Below, piece after piece: positions 9,129 to 17,157 of a stretch of 17,157 bases of DNA; within the stretch, counting starts at the first letter, position 1, and each line of letters starts with the position of its first letter. A program made the translations under genes and the position numbers. Under the pieces are notes generated by a model. It saw only the letters and a list, made by a program, of their open reading frames with translations. It ran no database searches and was not told the DNA's origin. Location: the NCBI GenBank assembly GCA_051530055.1, contig JBMGUZ010000059.1, positions 1 to 17,157 on the forward strand, written 5' to 3'. This stretch comes from Neoechinorhynchus agilis (lineage: Eukaryota > Animalia > Acanthocephala).

Positions 9129-9772
9129 CGAAAAACGTATAAAACTGCTCTCGTGCAGCGACCAAACGTTATTAGACATTTCGATCTGTGATTCGTCATT
9201 CCTGTATTAAATTGCTTATTAATCAATCAATGTGATTTTGAATTTACTCCTGATATTTGGGATGTTTCATAAGTATCCGCTTAGTAGCTCTCTCTGACCG
9301 ATCTAATTTGTGAAAATAAATAATTTACTTTTGAATTTCGAAGACGGTATAAAAGCAATTAGTTGCTAAACGCCATCGATGATTTGAATGATCATATCTC
9401 GATTTTTGATATCGCAGAATATTCGTCGCCCATTTCACGATGATAGAAGTAAAATGCACATTCAAAAGCTTCAACATGAAGCCTCTTATCGATTTCTGAC
9501 AAATCCCTTTAATAACAAAAGCTATTAACTTATTTCACCGAGTAATCCCTCACTCTTGTTTTTTCGGCAGCGAATAATTGGTGCATATAATTGTTAGATT
9601 AAAAAAATTAATTCTATCATTCTATTTACCAAATGAACTCGATAAACAATCTTTTTAACATGGAAGGATCGAAACAAAGATGATAAATTAAGTCCTGTAA
9701 ATGACTTCATAGGAAACCGCAAAATTTTTCCAATTAAGAAAATATTTTATAATTTTTTAAATTATTGTTAAC

Positions 9773-9966
9773 GTCTACACCCGGTAAGTGAATATTTATT
9801 AAAGACGTTTCGAACCTCGTCGGGTTTATTATCAGTTCTAAAATACCCCGAGGAGGTTCGAAACGTCTTTAATAAATATTCATTTACTAGGGTTTATTAT
9901 CAGTTCTAAAATACCCCGACGAGGTTCGAAACGTCTTTAATAAATATTCATTTACTAGGTGTAGAC
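9773..9966. mobile_element. Small hairpin (MITE-like) element with 52-bp inverted ends and an internal 68-bp tandem duplication
   Basis: 9773-9824 is the reverse complement of 9915-9966 with 3 mismatches. 9822-9889 and 9890-9957 differ at 1 base. No clear target-site duplication was seen. Confidence 0.75.
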
Positions 9967-10140
9967 CTAAACAAAAATTCTAATCAAATTCCCCGGTACC
10001 TCGCATATCGACATTTATATAATTTTTTATTTGCAGATTATCGAAGCTACAATATTTTATCAAGATCTTTATGAATTAACTTTTAAAAGTATACATTTTT
10101 CTAGCTTTAACATGGACGAAAAGATTGGCGAACATATAAC

Positions 10141-11097
10141 TTAGAAAATATTTTTGTTTAGAATCATGAAATTGCCATCTTCTACCGGATGCGTCATCCA
10201 GTTCGGATCCAACATCCATTCTAGATCAGTGATCCAAACCGGATCCGTCATCCACTCCGGATCCGTCATCCACTCCGGATCCGTCATCCACTTCGGATCC
10301 AACATCCATTCCGGATCAGTGATCCAAACCGGATCCGTCATCCACTCCGGATCCGTCATCCACTTCGGATCAAACATCCATTCCGGATCAGTCATCCACT
10401 CCGGATCCGTCATCCACTTCGGATCCAACATCCATTCCGGATGCGTCATCCACTTCGGATCCAACATCCATTCCGGATCAGTCATCCAAACCGGATCCGT
10501 AATCCATCCTGGATCAGTCATCCAAACCGGATCCGTCATCCACTTCGGATCCGTCATCCACTTCGGATCCGTCATCCACTTCGGATCCGTCATCCACTTC
10601 GGATCCAACATCCATTCCGGATCAGTGATCCAAACCGGATCCGTCATCCACTCCGGATCCGTCATCCACTCCGGATCCGTCATCCACTCCGGATCCGTCA
10701 TCCACTTCTGATCCAACATCCATTCCGGATCAGTCATCCAAACCGGATCCGTCATCCACTCCGGATCCGTCATCCACTCCGGATCCGTCATCCAAACCGG
10801 ATCCGTCATCCAATCCGGATCCGTCATCCACTTCTGATCAAACATCCAAACCGGATCAGTCATCCAAACCGGATCCGTCATCCACTCCGGATCCGTCATC
10901 CACTTCTGATCAAACATCAAAACCGGATCCGTCATCCACTTCGGATCCAACATCCATTCCGGATGCGTCATCCACTTCGGATCCAACATCCAAACCGGAT
11001 CCGTCATCCACTCCGGATCCGTCATCAGCTTCTGATCAAACATCCAAACCGGATCAGTCATCCAAACCGGATCCGTCATCCACTTCGGATCCAACAT
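10141..11097 (-). CDS. Open hexapeptide-repeat frame (W-M/I-T/L/F-D/H-P/Q-E/K/V)n, 318 aa; coding status unknown
   Basis: The only one of six frames that is open across the whole array. A TAG lies just upstream in frame and there is no unique N-terminus or signal peptide. Confidence 0.2.
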   Translation of the reverse strand: MLDPKWMTDPVWMTDPVWMFDQKLMTDPEWMTDPVWMLDPKWMTHPEWMLDPKWMTDPVLMFDQKWMTDPEWMTDPVWMTDPVWMFDQKWMTDPDWMTDPVWMTDPEWMTDPEWMTDPVWMTDPEWMLDQKWMTDPEWMTDPEWMTDPEWMTDPVWITDPEWMLDPKWMTDPKWMTDPKWMTDPKWMTDPVWMTDPGWITDPVWMTDPEWMLDPKWMTHPEWMLDPKWMTDPEWMTDPEWMFDPKWMTDPEWMTDPVWITDPEWMLDPKWMTDPEWMTDPEWMTDPVWITDLEWMLDPNWMTHPVEDGNFMILNKNIF

Positions 11098-11111
11098 CCA
11101 TTCCGGATCAG
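10185..11111. repeat. 18-bp minisatellite, ~51 units, with interspersed unit variants
   Basis: Consensus ccggatccgtcatccact; variants tcggatccaacatccatt, ccggatcagtcatccaaa, ccggatgcgtcatccact, tctgatcaaacatccaaa. No unique spacers. Confidence 0.99.
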
Positions 11112-11112
11112 T

Positions 11113-11275
11113 AAGGGCGAAACGCCGCTATTAAGTAGGGATTGGCCAACGAATCCATGGAAGCGTGTACGCGTGGACATCGCTGGCCCAACGGTTTATT
11201 CGGTTGATTCGCTTGACACATCGAACAAGTTCCTATCTTGCTTTCGATTGCATCCTCCATTTTCGGCCAATATGC
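11113..11275. mobile_element. Gypsy integrase pieces in the right arm (core start on +, ZBD on -)
   Basis: Plus strand KGETPLLSRDWPTNPWKRVRVDIAGP; minus strand YWPKMEDAIESKIGTCSMCQANQPNKP. Confidence 0.85.
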
Positions 11276-13970
11276 ATAATATCGACCACTGAGTAAAAAC
11301 GACAAACGAGTTTTAAAGCCAGAAGCTTAAACTGTTTAGAATAATAAGGAAATCAAGAAAGATCCGACATCATAAACGAGACAAAAAGTGATCGATTAGT
11401 CGTAAGTGTCATTAAAGTCGATACAATTCTCTTAAAAACAACGAAAAGGATTGCACTTTTTAACTTTGACGGCGATAAAGTAGCGAGCACGATTCGCCAA
11501 GTCATCGGCACAACAGTCATGAACAAGAAATTGGCGGAGGATATATTAACCTTTGATTTTTGTATGTGTCATTTTCCCTAGTTAACACTTACCGATTTCA
11601 ATTTTTATCTTACTTGATGAGCCGAGATACTCATGTGCAATGCTTACTTGATTCGAGCATCCGAGAGTCGTCTGCGAAATGTTTCAACATGGTACCGCCA
11701 TACATACTCAAATTGCGACTATGCTTTATTTTAGAAAAATTATGAAACGATCACGCCCATCGATTACCGTAATTCGTTCAATTTCCACTCTCGGTCTACC
11801 GTCCTTGTCTATTGCGTCTTCTACTGTGGTGCTTTTTTCGTCTTGGTTGCTCGCCATTATTTTCATTAAAGCGATTTGCGCTCCGATCGCAGTAGTCGTT
11901 GACGTATTTTGTAATAATTTCCGCATTTTTATTACCTTCCGCCGTACCGAGTATTCGAGAATTGTGAGCAACTTCAAGGAGATAATGTATGCAAAGTTCC
12001 TCCTTTTTCAAAAGATCGACGAATAAACCCTTATAAAACTGCAAACAAAGTCCAATGAGACTGGAATTCACGAACCCATTGAAGACTCTTGGCTCAAAAT
12101 TGTTTTGTTGATTCTCTTGGATTTTGTAATTAAATTGTGGCATCGCTTGAAATGAATATTGTTGATCACAAGGATGGAAGTATGATCTCGGATGAGTAAG
12201 GACCTCCGGCATCGTAACGTTTGTCATTGAAGGCGGATATAGCACCAAATAAGGATTATAAAAATGCATCGGCGAGAGATTGTGAGTCTAAGAACCCATC
12301 AATCGGGAAAATTGGCGGAACATAAACAAATAATTAGAGCGTAACATTGAAATGTTTTGTAAACAACTTGATTTGCTTTCCGGCAAATCACGGTATTTAT
12401 CAGCAAACGTCCGTATTCGAGTGAACCCAAAGAATTAATTGGCCTTTGTAAAGCGCTGTTTTAATTAAAAAAGCAAAAGATATGTGAAGGGGATTGGCTT
12501 CCGTATTTTTCACGAGAAATAAAGTTAATTCCAAATCCCAGTAGTCTACGCGCCATATCATACGCTCTGACGATTCTCCAACCGCTCAATATGTCAAATG
12601 CGAATTGATTTGGAAAGGATCCAAAGTGTTATTAAAAGAGTCAAATGCGTGGTCAAGAGGGTCGTCAAGTGATAGGGATTAAACCAACGATTCATCGTTA
12701 ACGTAGTTGAGATTCTTACTTTTAGTACCATTTACTTTTTTGCAAGAGGAAGACAACCGGAGCAGAGACTTAACATGTTTTATAAATTTTTACCAAATAT
12801 AATGGAAATAAAATGGTTATCTTATGATTCAATGAACATGTTAATTAAAGACCTTGATATATTCTTTGTGGCTAAAATTTGGTTCAGTTTGTGTCAATGG
12901 TCCGGTCAGTTATGTTTGACAGCTTCAGGCTTGAGGGGCATCATTCTATTGAGGAGTGTTTCATTTTATGCAATGGCTACCAAAGTCCAACTTGCGAGCG
13001 CTTGGGCTGGGATCCCCAATTGATGGGCTGGTCCAGCCTAGCCCAGGGCACCACCGCATCTATCGTTAATCACGGAAGCCTATCAGATTCACATCATGCG
13101 ATTATGGAGAAGCCAATCAAGAAGCTGGTTATCTAAACGAAGTTCTTGAGCTTTCCAGGCACTCAACCAATGTGGCAAGTGCAATTCTAGTGGAAACCTA
13201 CGGCCTAGAGCAGAGCTTAGGATTTGCAGCGTCAATATGAAAAGTAATCATCTGCTCAGTGAAATCCATTGAAGACGAATGATGAACGCATAACCAAAGC
13301 AACGAAATCGCCCAAAGATGAACTCTTAAACACCGTCCGGATCAGTCATCCAAACCGGATCCTTAATCCACTTCTGATCTGCCATCCACCCCGGATCCGT
13401 CATCCACTCTAAAATGATCACGAGTATCCGGTCCTCTTCTTAAGCAAAATAAATAAATAAAACGTGTTGCTATTATAACCCGGTTGATGATCGCAATCTT
13501 GGCATATTTATGCTTTGTTGTAAACTATCTCCAACGGGTAAATCTTACTCATGCGATTGTTAGAATGACGGTTAAAGCAAACTTGACGGGCGCTTCTCAC
13601 AAGGAAACCAATTATCAATATCAAGAACTGAATTCATCCTCTTCCAATAAGAATCTAATTTTTTTTGAAAAATCTGAAGCAATTTTTAAAACGAAATGTT
13701 ATTGTTTGATTACAAAATAATTTATACTTTCATCAACGCTCCTATTCATCGGCGCTGGCCAAAATGCTAGCCGATTTGCCCCGCTGCACCACAATGCTTA
13801 TTTTTTGCGCCAAGAACGACGTCGATCTTGGCTCTCCAGTCGCATTGTTGAGTAATTTCCCCAAGTCCTTCAGGAGGGCTAGTGCCGACCCTCCCAAGGT
13901 ACGTTTCCACACCGAAAGGGACAAAATGGCCTTGGAAATCGTCCACTGTGTCTCCCCGAAGAGTCCACTA
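11134..13970 (-). repeat. Right arm of the large inverted duplication
   Basis: Reverse complement of 328-2912, plus a ~213-bp extra segment, two extra 18-bp units and two 2-nt insertions. Confidence 0.97.
13336..13408 (+). repeat. Four-unit copy of the 18-bp minisatellite
   Basis: tccggatcagtcatccaaa ccggatccttaatccact tctgatctgccatccacc ccggatccgtcatccact. Confidence 0.92.
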
Positions 13971-15510
13971 TAGTGCCGCAGCGGCAAGGCCTAATCTCAA
14001 GGATACTGCGATCCTGACGGCCGAGTCAGCAAGGAGAGTTCCAAGTATCCCTACAGGGATAGCATTCAGCCACGCTCCCGACTCCTTCGTGGAACAGGTT
14101 ACCAGCCGGACCTGAGACACCTCACGCAGAAGATCCTTGAAAGAGTTGTGAATCTTCTGAACAAGAGGAATGTCCCAAGACGACTGCCATTGAGATAATC
14201 CTGTTTCAAAGATCGCATCCTTTGGTGATGTGCCTAAAATGGCATCGACATAGACTTTACTTGAACGGCAAGAGGAGAGGAAGGCAGGTAAAGCGACGTG
14301 TGAAGTGGTGCGAACTCCCAAACAACCATAAGCCGTGGGAAAAGTAGCCTGTCGCCAACCTGTGTCAGAAAATTTGACATTCAATATATGTCCCAGCTGC
14401 TTACGAATTGCCCCGTCGAGCTCTCCCAACAATTTGTCTTCTCCGAAACATGGAGCTGCTCATATGAAGCAATTTTGGTATATAGAGGCAATTCTTGATC
14501 AAGAAGAGACCCTCATGTGCCGAAAGCTCAGAAGTTCGGCTGCAGAGCAACTCCATTTTCGGGATTTGTGCACGCAGGTCCTTCGCAACATTCTTAGTTA
14601 GAACGCAGCTCCCGAGGAGTGTGAGCTGGTCAAAGGTGATCAAACCTAGACCAAGAGCAACTGATTCAAAATCGCTAGAGATTTGAGAGCGCTCGTTGTC
14701 AGTTGCGTTCAGGACGAGAAGTTCGCATTTTTGGGGATTTATTTCTATTCCCAAGCGGTCAGCTTCATTCACGATCATTTGATGGTCGCCTAAAACAACA
14801 CTTTGATCGCTACCGAGTGTGGCATCGTCCAAGTACTAAGCGTTGAAAGGAGAAAAGATTGAATGGGCAAGATCATTTACTGCAACGGAGAAGCCTATGG
14901 GGCCGAGTGGATCTCCCTGTTGTACACCACTCTGAGAACAAATTATTTTGTCGGTGTACAGCAGTGGCGTATGGTTAGCATTTGCTCTCCAGAAATAAGG
15001 GTAAGCCTCTGGGACGACATCCTCAATCGCTTTTAACATTATTTCCCTTTTTATCTATTTTCAGAATTGCTGTTGGCTTTGTTCTTTGGGAGATAAATTT
15101 TCGCAGAGCATGCACGACCGCTTCAACTCCACAAGGAGTGCAGCAACCTAACTGACGGGGTCTTAAAAATTCTCCCATTTTATCGGAGATTCTCCTACAT
15201 AAAACTTTCGCGGCTAACCTACGCAAAGTGCAGCCAATGGCGATGGGACGAATCCCACCATCTTTCCTGGAAAAATCACACAAAGAGGCGCCGATGAAAA
15301 GATGTGTAGCCAAATTGCCAATGGAGACCTCGATGAAAATATCAACTATTTTAAGCGAAGCAGTTCCGAGGGCTATTCCCGAAGCACTTGTAGAAAAAGA
15401 CATCATGTCTTTGAGGTGCTGTGGACGTAAGCCATCCGGCCCGTGTCCTGAGCCATTGGCGAAGGAGGACACAGCTTTCCTTATTTCTAAAATATTTGCT
15501 CGGAAAGCCT
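13742..15510 (-). mobile_element. CRE-like non-LTR retrotransposon, multiply deleted pseudo-ORF (RT to REL end)
   Basis: GPDGLRPQHL; RKDGGIRPIAIGCTLRRLAAK; PRQLG...G.EAVVHALR; GVQQGDPLGP; NA*YLDDATLG; RLVTCSTKESGAWLNAIP; LRLG; CRCGTIVDSSGRH; QRGKSASIL. It has stops, frameshifts and loss of the FxNAFN and RPDG segments. Confidence 0.9.
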
Positions 15511-16255
15511 AATGTTCTACCTCAGCTTGATTCTATTGAATACATTTCCTTTATTTCTGATCCATTTTTAAAATCCCCCCAAGGACTAATTTCTGTCTTC
15601 AGATCTTCTCTTAATCCATCTTTAATATCTACATTCATGTCGAATGAGCTATCCTACTCTATCTTCAAATTTTCCTTTACTCGCCGGCCTTTCACTCTTT
15701 ATTCATCGTCCGGCCGTTAAGAATATCATGGCTTTCTCCGCTCCAATATCGAATTCATTGCTGGCGATTTTAACGATCCCTCAATGAAATGGTCCAAAGC
15801 CATAGTTAACTCTGTTAAACCTCAATACGAACTCTCCGCTCCTCTCACTCCATCGTTTCATATTGTAACGAAAAATGCCCATTCCTTCTTGGACCTTACC
15901 ATTCACAGAAAATGCTTGAACCTGCTAGTTCAAGTAGAGCGACAACTGTCTCTCTTCCACCTAACGGGCCATGATGTCTTAATATAGTCCATCGGCTCCA
16001 ACAATACACCTAGGAGAGTCCTTCAATTGTCTCCTCTGAACATCGCTCTGTTCAGATCGGTTAATTACTCACTTCTCTTTCATCGCTCTGTTTTAGACAA
16101 CAATCTAAATTATGCCCTCCCTCATATTAACAGTATTATCAATACCACAGCTAATCTGTTTCTCTACCAGCCACGAGGGGTTTTTCCCAGGCCTTATGAA
16201 AGCAGATCTTTTCGATTTATTGGGCGTCAATTATATCAAGCCAAAATTCGTGGTG
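15510..16255 (+). mobile_element. AP-endonuclease (and possible RT-start) fragment of a second non-LTR family
   Basis: IHRP, FIAGDFNDP..W, SFLDL, TGHD.V in the order of the APE motifs YRP / GDFN / LDL / SDH. Confidence 0.65.
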
Positions 16256-16661
16256 TGCCAAACATTCCCAAGGTTTCATGTGCGTAAAGCTTCCGCATCT
16301 TTCACAATTCGCGTTCGTATTTTGAACCCTCGAGCTTCGATTTCCTGTTCTGGTCCTCGCGATTCGATCGACATTCGATTCCTCCCAAGCTCTTGTATCA
16401 CTCCTTTCGTCCTCTGAGCTATCTAAAATGTAGTGGCTACCTTTAACACTTGCTCAAATGTTGGGTACCTCAATGTTGATGTTCTCTTCATTAACTGTCC
16501 ACTGTATGTGGGGATCTTGACTGTTAAGTTCAGCATTTAGTGAATCTCTGTTGTTGTTAGAATCAGTCAGAATGAATACATCGTCCACATAACGCCACCA
16601 CCGATTTACATGACTATGAAGCTCCAAGATAGTAGACTCTCAATCTCGTATGTAGATGTTG
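16256..16661 (+). repeat. 406-bp direct duplication, copy 2 (Gypsy gag plus PLE RT junction)
   Basis: Matches 3205-3610. Confidence 0.97.
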
Positions 16662-16790
16662 ATCCCATGGCTACACCATCTTTTTGATCGTAGAAAGCAC
16701 CGTCAAATTCAAAGGCAGTAAAACTCGTGCACCATGGAATTGAGGACTGCCACGTACCAAGATCCAGACGTGGTTCACTACAATTCTTAG
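16480..16790 (-). mobile_element. Penelope-like RT fragment, longer upstream than the 3430-3640 copy
   Basis: WCTSFTAFEFDGAFYDQK, frameshift, DGVAMGS, deletion, NIYIRD...WWRYVDDVF. Confidence 0.85.
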
Positions 16791-16929
16791 ATATAGTAAC
16801 TTAGCCGATAATTCGAAATAAATCCATAATGCATCTTAAGTCTTGAAATTCCTGTAAATTTCCTTCACGATAACATTCGGGTGAAAAGTAATCCTCTTGT
16901 GGCGATTCGCGCCCCGAAAATCGGTTTTA

Positions 16930-17157
16930 TTTTGTAATATTTCGTGGGCAACCGCGCAAGTACGTGACGCACACCTTTATCAGCGAAACGGCAACTCCCC
17001 TACACCTAGTGGAGAAGTGCCTCAAAGATGTCAAATACAGTTTCGGAAAATCGCCAACTATTAAAAAGGAGAAGATTTTTCTCGAAGTACCTTTCCTTGA
17101 TGAAGTTTCATTTGGGAACATGAAAAGGACAATCAAGTATGTGAATGACGAGTTAGC
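16930..17157 (+). mobile_element. Probable Penelope-like post-RT linker fragment, runs off the window
   Basis: RNG(N)S, frameshift, PLHLVEKCL...KKEKIFLEVPFL..VS resembles the PLE NGYP...L.LPY...S linker. Confidence 0.45.

Noticed and set aside
10185-11111. CRISPR array
   Set aside because: Contiguous 18-bp units with no unique spacers, no cas genes, eukaryotic context.
328-13970. Pure fold-back read or assembly artefact
   Set aside because: The arms differ by a 213-bp segment, 2 repeat units, indels and clustered substitutions, which an artefactual mirror would not show. A haplotype mis-join cannot be excluded without long reads.
318-13980. Autonomous DNA transposon with giant TIRs
   Set aside because: No TSD and no transposase; the right end runs seamlessly into CRE coding sequence instead of ending at a defined terminus.
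13742-15510. Active, intact retrotransposon
   Set aside because: YLDD is preceded by a stop, and there are several frameshifts and deleted RT and REL motifs.
14335-15512. Plus-strand ORFs 14335, 14495 and 15228
   Set aside because: Antisense shadows of the CRE RT relic.

Overview
Eukaryotic (probably invertebrate-animal; inference) repeat-rich DNA with no intact recognisable gene and no rRNA, tRNA or CRISPR. Main structure: a large inverted duplication (arms ~328-2912 and ~11134-13970, roughly 97% identical by eye) around an ~8.2-kb spacer, plus a 406-bp direct duplication (3205-3610 / 16256-16661). Nearly everything else is a mosaic of 50-1800-bp decayed retroelement pieces in alternating orientation: CRE-like non-LTR (RT and REL endonuclease), Gypsy LTR (gag knuckle, protease, integrase), Penelope-like RT, RTE-like RT, and two AP-endonuclease-type non-LTR fragments. 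The spacer also holds intronless host-gene relics (two inverted trehalase pseudogenes and a HIPK/DYRK-like kinase pseudogene), a ~194-bp hairpin element and a ~51-unit 18-bp minisatellite whose minus strand is an open (WMTDPE)n frame. The same 18-mer occurs as 2- and 4-unit arrays inside the inverted arms. The most unusual signals are locally inverted pieces of single genes and frameshifts shared by copies that otherwise differ mostly at synonymous sites. All family assignments come from motif recognition by eye; no database search was run and relic boundaries are approximate.
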